This document shows positions 9,171 to 19,200 of a DNA stretch of 34,082 bases, in pieces. The translations under genes were made by a program, and so were the position numbers. The stretch lies in the sequence record SRR31156797_21439. The stretch is one strand, 5' to 3'. A model generated the notes under the pieces. That model worked only from the letters and a program-made list of their open reading frames with translations, searched no databases and was not told the DNA's origin. Position 1 is the first letter of the stretch; every line of letters starts with the position of its first letter.

Positions 9171-10070
9171 TTACCCCTTTAACTGCGTCATGCGGCGAAT
9201 CAAGAACAACCCGCCAAGAATACTGCCGACCACGTACGCCATCACCATCTGTCCACCCGCCGATGTCATCAGGAAGTCGAAATGCTCGCGGCCAGTAGAA
9301 AACAGCACCAAGCAAACTAGGACTGGCAAAGCAGCAAGTACTTTGGCGGAGTTTCTCGATTCAGACGTGATGCTTTGGATACTGGCATTCAGTTCAGCGC
9401 GGGATCTCAAGGTAGCCCCTAATCTCTCAAGTACTTCCGTTAAACGCCCGCCAGTTTCCTGCTGCAAACTCAGTACGATGGTTAAGAAACGAAACTCCGC
9501 AATCGGCATACGTTGTGCGGCTGACTTCATCACTTCATCCAAGCTCTGACCCACGCGTAGCTCATCATTCATTTTGGTAAACAGACGAGCGGTCACATCC
9601 TGATGCTGCTGAGCAATTTCCAGCAGAACGTCCGCCATTGGGGCACCAACACGTAACGCTCGAATCAAGCCATCAATCACATCCGGCAGTTCATTACGAA
9701 ACTTATCTTTCGCTTTTTGCTGAAGCTGTTGATAGATAAACCACACCACCAAAATCGCTGTCGTCAATGCCAACGGTACAGCCACATACCAATCCATCCC
9801 GTTGAAACAAAGCACTAAAGGCGCAAGCAAAACTGAGCCCGCCAACATCCACTGCCCCTGTTTCAACTTCTGAGGACTGACAAAAGTTTGCAGGTTTTGA
9901 TACCACAGCCAGCTATACCAAGGAGGTTGATAGCCCGTGCTACCATCATCGACATCTAACAGGGCATAGCGTTTAAGCTGATTACGCCAAGCTTCTTGGT
10001 GCTCGATATAACGCCACACAGCAACGCCAATCACGAGCCAAGCGACGATTATGTAAATCAACACGCTCAC
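9171..10070 (-). CDS. tadB: TadB inner-membrane platform protein (T2SS-F family)
   Basis: ELPDVIDGLIRALRVG and LQQETGGRLTEVL motifs; TM segments. Confidence 0.9.
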   Translation of the reverse strand: MSVLIYIIVAWLVIGVAVWRYIEHQEAWRNQLKRYALLDVDDGSTGYQPPWYSWLWYQNLQTFVSPQKLKQGQWMLAGSVLLAPLVLCFNGMDWYVAVPLALTTAILVVWFIYQQLQQKAKDKFRNELPDVIDGLIRALRVGAPMADVLLEIAQQHQDVTARLFTKMNDELRVGQSLDEVMKSAAQRMPIAEFRFLTIVLSLQQETGGRLTEVLERLGATLRSRAELNASIQSITSESRNSAKVLAALPVLVCLVLFSTGREHFDFLMTSAGGQMVMAYVVGSILGGLFLIRRMTQLKG

Positions 10071-11368
10071 TCACCACTCTCCACACATTGTTGAATCGCT
10101 TGGTCTTGGGCGAAGTGAGCCGCTTTTTCTATCAGATCGTTAGAGATGGCATGAGCGCTAAAACGGCCATGAATGGTTTGCTGTTCGGCACGAATAAGAT
10201 CGAAACGAAACACAGGGCTAAGCTCGATCTCTTCACCCTTGATACCAACCACTTCACTGATTGCCGTAATGCGGCGACGCCCGTCTCGCATACGCTCTAA
10301 CTGCACCACTAAATCAATCGCACTCACGATTTGGCTGCGGATAATATGATCCGATAATCGCTCACCGCCCATTTGCAGCATGTTGGTCAGTCGCACAATC
10401 GCATCTTGTGGGTTGTTCGCATGCAAGGTACACAGAGAACCATCATGGCCGGTATTCATTGCTTGCAGCATGTCGAAGGCTTCAGCGCCACGAACTTCAC
10501 CCAAAACAATTCTGTCCGGACGCATCCGCAGCGCGTTCTTCACCAAGTCACGTACGGTGACTTCACCATTACCCTCAGAACTGGCGTTACGCGTTTCCAG
10601 TGGCACCCAATGCGGTTGCGCCAGAGACAACTCTGCTGCATCTTCAATAGTAAGAATCCGCTCGTCTTCACTGATATGACGACTAAGGGCGTTCAGCAGT
10701 GTGGTTTTGCCAGAGCCCGTACCGCCGGAAATCAAAATATTGCAGCGACAATAGGTCGCTAAAGCCAAGAACTCCGCCATCTGAGTAGAAAGACTTTCGT
10801 TATCAACCAGATGGGAGAGCATTAACTTGCTGGCAGGAAACTTACGAATAGAGATACACGTACCATGCAATGCCAAAGGCGGTGCAATCACGTTCACACG
10901 GCTGCCATCTTTTAAACGCGCATCAACCATAGGGTTGGATTCATCCACCCTACGACCAATCGCATTCACTATACGTTGAGCCACATTCAGTACATGCTTG
11001 GAATCGCGAAAACGGATGTCTGTCTTCTCTAACTTGCCACGGCGTTCAACGTAGATCGTTTCAGGTCCGTTAACCAAAATATCGGACACTTCTGGGTCTT
11101 CGAGTAACGCCTGAATAGGACCAATCCCCACCATTTCATCGACCAGTTGCAGCGCTAACACCGCCAACTCTTGTCGGTTATAAGGCAGCATCTTCCTTGC
11201 CGAAATGATGTTCAGAGCATCTTTAACACGAGGCAATAGTTCATCACGCCCCAGCGTGGCGGCGATCGAAGGATCAACCAGCTCGTAGAATGCGGATTTT
11301 GCTTCATCAGACATCGATAGCAGTTGTGAGCTGCGAGCTTGTTGAGTTAACACTTCTTGCTTAAACAT
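10067..11368 (-). CDS. tadA: TadA/CpaF pilus assembly ATPase
   Basis: Walker A GGTGSGKTT, Asp box TIEDAAEL, Walker B RPDRIVLGEVRG, His box MNTGHDGSLCTLHAN. Confidence 0.95.
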   Translation of the reverse strand: MFKQEVLTQQARSSQLLSMSDEAKSAFYELVDPSIAATLGRDELLPRVKDALNIISARKMLPYNRQELAVLALQLVDEMVGIGPIQALLEDPEVSDILVNGPETIYVERRGKLEKTDIRFRDSKHVLNVAQRIVNAIGRRVDESNPMVDARLKDGSRVNVIAPPLALHGTCISIRKFPASKLMLSHLVDNESLSTQMAEFLALATYCRCNILISGGTGSGKTTLLNALSRHISEDERILTIEDAAELSLAQPHWVPLETRNASSEGNGEVTVRDLVKNALRMRPDRIVLGEVRGAEAFDMLQAMNTGHDGSLCTLHANNPQDAIVRLTNMLQMGGERLSDHIIRSQIVSAIDLVVQLERMRDGRRRITAISEVVGIKGEEIELSPVFRFDLIRAEQQTIHGRFSAHAISNDLIEKAAHFAQDQAIQQCVESGE

Positions 11369-11373
11369 TCGGT

Positions 11374-12501
11374 TTACCCTTTTTGCTCAGAAGAAGGGCT
11401 GCCTAGCAACTGTCCAAGCTGGGTAATTTTTTTGCTCAGCTTTGTTCGCGCGGCCAGCAAAGGCGCACCCTCACGCTCTGATTTATCAATGGCTTTTGCA
11501 TCAAACGGAAGCTCAACACTGATGTTCAAACCCAAAGTGTTTGAGATTTCCTGTTTTGGCACTCGCCCTTTCGCATTGCGGCACAGGTTACCCACCAGAA
11601 TCTGACGTTGATGCTTGAGTGAAGTATTTGCCGTAAGTTTGGCTAAATAACGGAAACTATTGAGGCTGTAGTCGGTGACAAAAATACAGTTATCAGCCTG
11701 CTGCAAAATGGCTTTCATTGCCGGATGATTCAAATCCGGCACATCAACAATCACCGTTGCGTAGTGCTCGGCTAAAGCTTGTACTGTTTTGACCGGTTGA
11801 GAAACGTCATCATGGGAAAGCTGACTGTCTTGACCGTAAAAAAGGTGCAGGCGATCGGTCAATTGTTGGCTACTGTGCGCCAGCAGGGTTTCATCGATAC
11901 GCTCGGCATCTTGGATAATGTTTTCAAGGTGCGGTTCGTAGTCAGCACCAAGCAGAATTGGGTGCTGGCTGTGATACAAATCAAAATCGACCAAAGCCAC
12001 AAACTGGCTCTGCTTTTCAGCCAGAAAATAACCTAAGTTCGCTGCAATCGTGCTGGTGCCACATCCACCAGTACTACCAAGAACGCAGATCACACGCCCT
12101 TGACGTAAAGGTTTCGCAATCTGATAGCCTTGTAAATGCAGCAAGCTTAAGCGAATCGCATCAATATCCAGTGGCGTAGTGTGATAATCGTTAACGCCAG
12201 CAAACATTAAACTGCGGTATAACGCGACTTCTTGCTTATTACCTAACACCATCAATTTCATTTGTGGTGGGCAATATTCGGCAAGACCTCTTAAAGCAGT
12301 TTCAAGACCAATACAGTCACCGCCGTCGACTACCAGCAGATCAGGCGCACCGTGTTTTACGCACCACTGGCGAGCATCCTCAATGGTGCCTTTACGTATC
12401 TCAATATTCTGAGTAGTGAGATTACTCTTCAGTTGCTCGAAAACTTTGTGGCTATGATCGTCAAGAACAAAAGCAACAACGTTAAATACACTCTCTGCCA
12501 C
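11374..12501 (-). CDS. tadZ: TadZ/CpaE MinD-like localisation protein
   Basis: Receiver-like N-terminus (LYRSLMFAGVNDY) and a deviant Walker A GSTGGCGTSTIAANL; GTG start. Confidence 0.85.
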   Translation of the reverse strand: MAESVFNVVAFVLDDHSHKVFEQLKSNLTTQNIEIRKGTIEDARQWCVKHGAPDLLVVDGGDCIGLETALRGLAEYCPPQMKLMVLGNKQEVALYRSLMFAGVNDYHTTPLDIDAIRLSLLHLQGYQIAKPLRQGRVICVLGSTGGCGTSTIAANLGYFLAEKQSQFVALVDFDLYHSQHPILLGADYEPHLENIIQDAERIDETLLAHSSQQLTDRLHLFYGQDSQLSHDDVSQPVKTVQALAEHYATVIVDVPDLNHPAMKAILQQADNCIFVTDYSLNSFRYLAKLTANTSLKHQRQILVGNLCRNAKGRVPKQEISNTLGLNISVELPFDAKAIDKSEREGAPLLAARTKLSKKITQLGQLLGSPSSEQKG

Positions 12502-12503
12502 CG

Positions 12504-13061
12504 TTATTCTCCTGTTACTGGTTGTCTTTCAGCAGACTTAAGCTGATTGTTGAACAGACGCTGCACTGCACCTGTCGCCAACGCGCTAGTGCCTTGCTGA
12601 TATTGTTCGCCTTGCTGCCATGTGTTCTTGCTGGCAACACTGAAGTAGCGATTTCTCATTTGCTGACAAGCGTTGGTTGATAGCACCAAGGCTTGTAGGT
12701 TAAAGCGGCAAGTATTGGGCTTAAGCACAACGTCTAATTCAGCATTAATCGCACTTTCACTGTTTGATTGGTGATTGATCTCTACCGGCATCACCACCAG
12801 CTCTGCCAAACGTGATTCAAGACGCTGTTGAGTTTTTGCATCCAGCTGGCCACCCTCTAACATAATGGTCAGGTAACCTTGTTCTTCTCGCTGATTAAGT
12901 GGTGATACCGCCGCCAACAGGTCTTGCTCTAATCGAGTTTGTGTCGTCTTTAGTGACAATTGGTCTTGAAAACGAGCATGGGGCTCAGCGTCATACGGAC
13001 GTTGGCAGCCCATCAGTAAAACAAGGCTCAACGCGGTTAAAACTAATTTCATCTCTTTCAC
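12504..13061 (-). CDS. RcpB/CpaD-position pilus lipoprotein
   Basis: Lipobox LLMG^C and a C-terminal Cys pair; lies between the secretin and TadZ genes, where CpaD/RcpB normally sits. Confidence 0.6.
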   Translation of the reverse strand: MKEMKLVLTALSLVLLMGCQRPYDAEPHARFQDQLSLKTTQTRLEQDLLAAVSPLNQREEQGYLTIMLEGGQLDAKTQQRLESRLAELVVMPVEINHQSNSESAINAELDVVLKPNTCRFNLQALVLSTNACQQMRNRYFSVASKNTWQQGEQYQQGTSALATGAVQRLFNNQLKSAERQPVTGE

Positions 13062-13067
13062 CTTGCC

Positions 13068-14489
13068 TTAGTAGTTGTAGCCATAGTTGCCAAACAAACG
13101 AGTACGATCATCATGGGTATCTCCCATATCTCTCAGGAATAGTCGTTCGAAACGGTTAGCGGGACGGAAACGATCCAATGGTGTAGTCAACTGACTCGGA
13201 TCGCTGGTTGGCTCAACCAGGCGAGCGGTGGCAATGATCACCAGTTCACTCTCTGAGTTCTTGAAACTATTGCTACTAAAGAAAGGCGCGAGAATTGGGA
13301 TTTCACCAAGGAATGGCAAAGACTCGATCTTGTGGTCCTGATAGGTGCGAACTAGCCCTGCCAACGCAAAACTTTGTCCATCCGCAAGTTCAATGGTGGT
13401 CGTCGCTCTGCGGCTTTCAATTCCCGGCACTTCAACGCCAGCAATAGAAACACTGTGCTCACGGCTTAAAGTAGACACTTCCGGAGCAACCGTTAGGCTA
13501 ATCTGATTATTACTCAACACAGTTGGGGTCAGCTCTAATGAGATACCAAATCGTTTGAACTCAATGCTGACGCCTTCGTCACTGTTATCGACAGGGAAAG
13601 GAAACTCACCGCCGGACATAAATGTCGCCGCTTCACCGGATTTCGCGGTTAAGTTAGGTTCTGCAAGCACATTCACTAAGCTGTTTTCAACCAGCGCATC
13701 AATGATTACATTCAAACCATGTTGACCATCAGTTGGCATGGTATTGGTTGGAAACTTGTTGCCCGGAGTAATACCCAGTGCCGTTTGTAACGTGTCCCAA
13801 GTACCCCAACGCATATTACCGATAGAGCTCCAACGCAGACCAAGTTGCTCACTGGTGGAACGCTCCATTTCAACAATTCTGACCGAAATATTAACCTGAG
13901 CACTGCCTGAGGTTTTTAGCTGATTCACCACCAGTGGGTACATACCAATACCGCCACCAGGTTTAGCAACCCCTTCACTGCGACCACCCGCACTGCTTTG
14001 CTGAGGAGCGACCGCTAAATCTTGCTCATCTTTTTGCTGTAAACCTTTGGCAAAGCCTGAAGCCATACTCAGGATATCGTGGGCTTGCAACGCATTAGCC
14101 ACCTCACCCATGACTATGATGGTTCCTTTGCTATAGGCAAAGTGAACATCAGCCTCAGGGAAAGCGTGCCTAACACTGCGTTGTAAATCGGAGAGATCGG
14201 CAGAGATAGAGACTTGATAATGAGCTAAGGTTTGCGAATCTTCGCCCAATAACAAAACATCGGTTTGGCCTAAGGCTTTACCAGATAACATCACATGTCG
14301 ACTTGAAGGCGCATGAACAACCAACAAGCTAGGATCAGAAACAAAAACGTCCTTAATATCTTCTTTGACCGATAAAATACGATTCTGGTTAATGTGCAAA
14401 TCCAGTGAGTGCTGCGTTGACTTCGCCAATAGAGAAAATGGCATCATCATCAACGCGGTTAAAAAAGTTAATTGTCTAAACATCATCAT
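13068..14489 (-). CDS. rcpA: RcpA/CpaC outer-membrane secretin
   Basis: Signal peptide; secretin motifs LAEPNLTAKSGEAATFMSGGEFP, ELADGQSFALAGL and LPFLGEIPILAPFF. Confidence 0.93.
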   Translation of the reverse strand: MMMFRQLTFLTALMMMPFSLLAKSTQHSLDLHINQNRILSVKEDIKDVFVSDPSLLVVHAPSSRHVMLSGKALGQTDVLLLGEDSQTLAHYQVSISADLSDLQRSVRHAFPEADVHFAYSKGTIIVMGEVANALQAHDILSMASGFAKGLQQKDEQDLAVAPQQSSAGGRSEGVAKPGGGIGMYPLVVNQLKTSGSAQVNISVRIVEMERSTSEQLGLRWSSIGNMRWGTWDTLQTALGITPGNKFPTNTMPTDGQHGLNVIIDALVENSLVNVLAEPNLTAKSGEAATFMSGGEFPFPVDNSDEGVSIEFKRFGISLELTPTVLSNNQISLTVAPEVSTLSREHSVSIAGVEVPGIESRRATTTIELADGQSFALAGLVRTYQDHKIESLPFLGEIPILAPFFSSNSFKNSESELVIIATARLVEPTSDPSQLTTPLDRFRPANRFERLFLRDMGDTHDDRTRLFGNYGYNY

Positions 14490-14492
14490 GAT

Positions 14493-15380
14493 TTATCTCA
14501 CTGCACTTCTTTCTTGCGTTCGGACTTCTGTACCAGCAAAAATCCTAATGGAATGTTCAGGCTTACCTGACGGGTGATGGTTTTCAGACAACTGCTCGTC
14601 CCACAAAGTCTTTGGGCTATTAAGCTGAGCAATATCTTGATCGCGATGACCACGCAGTATCAGCGAAAGTCCACCAAGCTGTTTCGCCAATAGCAGACGC
14701 TGAGCGCCTTCTGGTGTGACTTCAAACGTGACTGGAAGGGTTTCTCTCGATCCGGATAAATCTTCATTTGCCTTACTTTGTTTTGGCCCATCTAACAGGT
14801 GGGTCAGCGTACTGTTGATCGCCAGTAAACGCGTGTTCTGCAAAATCACACTAGTCGCATGCTTGTTAATCTCACCGAATCCCTGACTAGAGGTATGAGT
14901 GTTTTCACTGGTAAGAATCACGTCAACGAAATTGCCAGGACGAAGCATGTCGTAATTCATCCCCGCTAAGGTCATCTCAATGGTTACCGCTCGCATGCCT
15001 GGCGATAACATTGCCGACATATATTGGCTCTGCTCCGGACGAATAATGTCTGACATCACTAACGGCTGATTAGCTCTAACCGTTCGGGTAAGTAGACTGC
15101 CTTCAATATCACCGGGCTCGATAAAGCCTTGTAAAAACAGTTCGTTGAAATCGGCTTCTTTATCCGACTCTAAAGGCTCCCAACGTAGATCTTCGCCACG
15201 GATTAAAGCACCAGCTTGAATCGGATATTTTGCGACCAGCACCTTGGGAACAACGGCTTGATTAGCCATTTCCGCCACGGTTGTTTCTGTCTTTTGCTTG
15301 GGTTCAGTATCAAACCAAACCAACGCAAGCATGCCACTCAACACCACTCCGCTGAGCAAAATAAAAATTAATTTCTTCAT
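14493..15380 (-). CDS. rcpC: RcpC/CpaB pilus assembly protein (SAF domain)
   Basis: N-terminal TM, VLVAKYPIQAG, PGMRAVTI, PGNFVDVILT and VTFEVTPEGAQRL motifs. Confidence 0.9.
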   Translation of the reverse strand: MKKLIFILLSGVVLSGMLALVWFDTEPKQKTETTVAEMANQAVVPKVLVAKYPIQAGALIRGEDLRWEPLESDKEADFNELFLQGFIEPGDIEGSLLTRTVRANQPLVMSDIIRPEQSQYMSAMLSPGMRAVTIEMTLAGMNYDMLRPGNFVDVILTSENTHTSSQGFGEINKHATSVILQNTRLLAINSTLTHLLDGPKQSKANEDLSGSRETLPVTFEVTPEGAQRLLLAKQLGGLSLILRGHRDQDIAQLNSPKTLWDEQLSENHHPSGKPEHSIRIFAGTEVRTQERSAVR

Positions 15381-15389
15381 GAGTAAGAG

Positions 15390-15833
15390 CTACATGTAGT
15401 GGATGGTTGTCATAGCTGCGCCGCAGATAGCTACTGCATAAGGCACTGTTTGGGATGGTGTTCCTATAATTACGCCATGCCGAACCATTCGATTAAAAAC
15501 TAGATAAATGACACTCAAAGCTCCCCCTAACAGTGCAGTTGTCATCAACAACCAATACCACTGCTCTAACGATGCGTATGCACATATAGCCAACAATTTG
15601 GAATCTCCGGCTCCTAACCAACCACGGTGAAAAGCAAAAATGCCAAAAGCTAAAATGGAAAAACAGACCAACAAAGAGGAAACAGAAAACGGAGTGTTTA
15701 CGCTAAGCACCACTATCAAAATGAATAGCAATACATTAGGAATTTCACGCTTAAATACGTCATTTACAGCAATAACAGCCAATACACCTGCCGTTATCAT
15801 CTGTAATGAAAAGTCACTACTACTCTCCACCAC
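15390..15833 (-). CDS. tadV: TadV/CpaA prepilin peptidase (A24)
   Basis: Two catalytic Asp motifs NDVFKREIPN and LGAGDSKL; C-terminal VPYAVAI. Exact start uncertain. Confidence 0.88.
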   Translation of the reverse strand: MVESSSDFSLQMITAGVLAVIAVNDVFKREIPNVLLFILIVVLSVNTPFSVSSLLVCFSILAFGIFAFHRGWLGAGDSKLLAICAYASLEQWYWLLMTTALLGGALSVIYLVFNRMVRHGVIIGTPSQTVPYAVAICGAAMTTIHYM

Positions 15834-16020
15834 TACCCATGTTCATCCCATCGATAATCGTTTGGAACTTGTCTTTCAATGCCGTGATGAACAGGCCATC
15901 TGAACCAAAAATTGCCAAGATGCCAGCAGCCAAGCCTGCAGCAAGAATTCCATATTCAATCGCTGTCGCACCATTCTCATCGTCAATGTAGCGTTTTATC
16001 AGAGTGATAAAGTCATTCAC
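15820..16020 (-). CDS. flp: Flp type IVb/IVc major pilin
   Basis: DENG^ATAIEYG Flp motif followed by a hydrophobic helix; GTG start with AAGGGAGAG SD. Confidence 0.93.
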   Translation of the reverse strand: MNDFITLIKRYIDDENGATAIEYGILAAGLAAGILAIFGSDGLFITALKDKFQTIIDGMNMGSGGE

Positions 16021-16063
16021 CTTTTGCCTCTCCCTTAATGTGGTATCGATAATAAAACAGATG

Positions 16064-16102
16064 TGAGAATTATTATCGTTACCATTGTAAAAATCAATCT
16101 CA
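16064..16102. promoter_or_regulatory. Two Fur-box-like sites upstream of flp
   Basis: TGAGAAT-T-ATTATCG (16064-16078) matches the 7-1-7 consensus TGATAAT-N-ATTATCA at 12/14; TAAAAAT-C-AATCTCA (16088-16102) matches at 10/14. Confidence 0.65.
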
Positions 16103-16278
16103 TTTATATAATAATCCTAAATTATATCCATTTTACAGATCAATAGACCTTATTTATTGATAATTGCGATATTAACATCTTTTACAGTACGAAATAATGA
16201 ATGATAATTTTTGTGGTGGGTCGCATTTTTAGCATCGTTATCTCGTATTAATTACGTGATTGTGCAAGGGAACGAATA

Positions 16279-19200
16279 ATGCTCTTTAAACAACTTATTG
16301 CCTTCAGTGCGATAATTTTTGTGCTCGCAGGTTGTAGCGATCAACCAATGCAAGAGGGAGGAACAACTCCACCATCGAAGGGAGATAACACTAATGGAGT
16401 GAATAACTCGACTCCAGATGGCGCTGCTGATTCTGGCTCTCAACCGCCATCGTTAACAGACCCGACTTCAGGCAACGATAATTCACCAATTACCCCTCCT
16501 GCCGCCTCGTCGTTATCGAGAAAGTCATTAACGATTTCCGGATCGGTTTCAGGTAGTCAGGCAGAAGATACCTATGCGTTTAAGGCGTGTGTAGGTCAGG
16601 TGTGTGACTCTTGGCAACAAGTGATGTCTGAGGGAATGTATCAACGTAAGTTCCATCTATCACAATGGTCAACCAATGTCCCTTTGACCATTGAAGGTAA
16701 TAAGCAAGCGAACCCTGCAAGCCAACCCGCAGACGCAATTGATGCGTTGTCATCGTCCTACTTCAAGACAGAAGTTGCCCCATTTGAGCAGCTGATAAAA
16801 CGAGACAGCAATAACGATGGAATGGTCGATGAAAAAGAGCTAGCAACGCTATCACTTAACTCTGTGAACATGGCATTTCATGCTATTGCAAAACACTTAC
16901 TGAGCACTGAGTTAAGTAACGTCGGTAATTTGCCTTATGAGGCTAAGTTAAAAGCCGTGCGTCAGCACTTATCCAACAACAATAAAAAAGCACTACTCAC
17001 GCTTTCAGATAGTCAAATCAGTAAAGTAAAATCGCACCTTTTTTGGAATCAAAACAATAAGTTTTTTGGCGAGTACTCTTTACTGTTAACACCAGAACAA
17101 TGGGCTGACCTCGATGGGCCTCTGATTAGTGATGACCAAAAAATCATTAAAATTAACACCTCACAGTTTGAACAGATAAAGGCCAATCAAAAGTCTCTCA
17201 ACCTGAGCGTGAAGCAAACTAATGCGATTCATAAAAGACAAGTTTATACCCAGCAACTCGTTCTAGAGTTAGCCGCGCTTTACCAAATGATTTTAAAGCC
17301 CAGCACGACCGATCTTGTCTTTCGCCAACATGACGGAAGGGCTCTTGTTGAGGAAATTGAATCTAACACGGTAACAACGAATTATAACCTTCCGATTAGT
17401 AGCGAAATGCTTAAAACCATCGGAATGTTTGATATCCCGAACGATAATGAATCGAAGATTGAGATCAGCTTAGACACGATGACCTCAGCTTATGAAACAT
17501 ATCAAAACTCAACAAGCCAAAGTTCCAGAGGCGATTTCCCCGTCGCTCTTAGACATACACTTTGGAGCACTGCTGATAAAACTTTGGAACAGATTGGCCA
17601 ACAACTTTTAAAAGTGGCGGATTCAGAGTCTTCATTAGAGTTATGGCAGCACTATCAAAATGAGTTTGCTCCTAATCACCGTTCTGTACCTGTCTACCAG
17701 GAGCTGAGCAAAGTCCTGACACCTGATACCCAAAAATCATATCTCTATCAAAACTATACTCAAGATCTAAGAAAAGCTGGACATACACATCCGTTAAAAC
17801 CTGCACTGTTAGCTTTAGCAGCCGAGCGTCACTTAAAGATCAGCGGCCGTTTTCCTAAAGAACTCGAACAGGTCACACTGAAAATTGTGCTAGGCAGCCA
17901 ACCAAATCCTGACCCTGGTATCGTAATCTATCAACCTGAATTACTAGACCAATACCCAGAGCGTCACCTTCCTGTTGACCTGATCGATAATGAAAACCAG
18001 CGACATAAAGAGCTTAATCTCACTGGCGAAAATGACTTTATTACCACTATCGCACTGCGTGATATTGATAACTTGTACTCCCACTGCCAGCCAGGATTAA
18101 TTGGTTATTCTGACTACACTGCCGATGAGATGCAGGACACTTTAACCATCCACATTCACGATGAGAAAACCGGAGTTGAACTGAGGTCCATCCTTGGTTC
18201 ATTCTGCGAAATTGCCCAATTGGATCAGAAACTAGGCAACAAAAATGGCGTACTCTCTTTTGAAGAATTTGAGCGCCTCAATGTGGGCTATATCAGCACC
18301 GCTCAAGCGGCACTCCTATTTAAGTCATCACTGACCAAATGGGGAGGCACTAATAATATAGTCCCTCTTAATCTTGAAGACATTGTAGATAGATACAACC
18401 AACTACCGCGTAAACAAGTGGAACTGTTAGCAGCTTTTATGGCATTGCAGGCTAAAGGTACTCTGTTTAGTTCATCGATTGATCTTGGTGAGCAAGGCAG
18501 ACTTTACAAAGACTTGTTAGCCCTGCTAGATATTAGTTTTGGCGGATATAGTCTCAGTAAAAACAACGCCATTCCCTCTGTCGAAACTCTGCAAGATAAG
18601 ATTGCTAACCGCTACGCAATTAACCAAGTACTCATAGAAAACCCCGATGTAAACATTTCGCATATCATTCAGGCCATTACTCAGAATTTGGTTAATTCTG
18701 AGGTCGACCAGTATTACTTTCCATCCGGCGTTCGGCCGGGAAGCTGGGTGACGGTTTATCCAGTATCGGTCATTGATGCGACGTGCCAAAAAACGATGCA
18801 AGAGAATCAATTAGTCGGGCTAAGAATTGAAGGAAAGGGCCAAAATGAGTTCGGTCATTGGGTCACCATTGGTTGGGATGAACAGGCTGGAGCCTCTGGC
18901 TATACGTTAGCCTGGAGTGACACACCTTTTAACCACATAGATACCACACAAAACGTGTTACCAATTAATGAACTTGGCAATACACGCACAACAGTTTCAG
19001 GCTTAGAGTTAGACACACAATATTACATTCGAGTGCAAAGCAATACTGGTAGTCCAAGTGCGCTACTGTCTTATTCTCCAAGTAATATTCATGTTGCAGA
19101 CTCTAGAGTGATTGACGGATTGTCAGGCGATGATAGTACTCGCGGAAGAGACCTTAGCTCAGAGTGTGACCCTCTAACTGGCAAAGCAAAAAATAGCAAT

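Noticed and set aside
11374-12501. Walker A lacking the catalytic Lys as a sign of a TadZ pseudogene
   Set aside because: Deviant Walker A motifs are normal for TadZ/CpaE, and the ORF is intact.
16086-16187. Three TTTTACA words in the divergent promoter as CpxR-type sites
   Set aside because: Not arranged as GTAAA-N5-GTAAA pairs, and expected by chance in AT-rich DNA.
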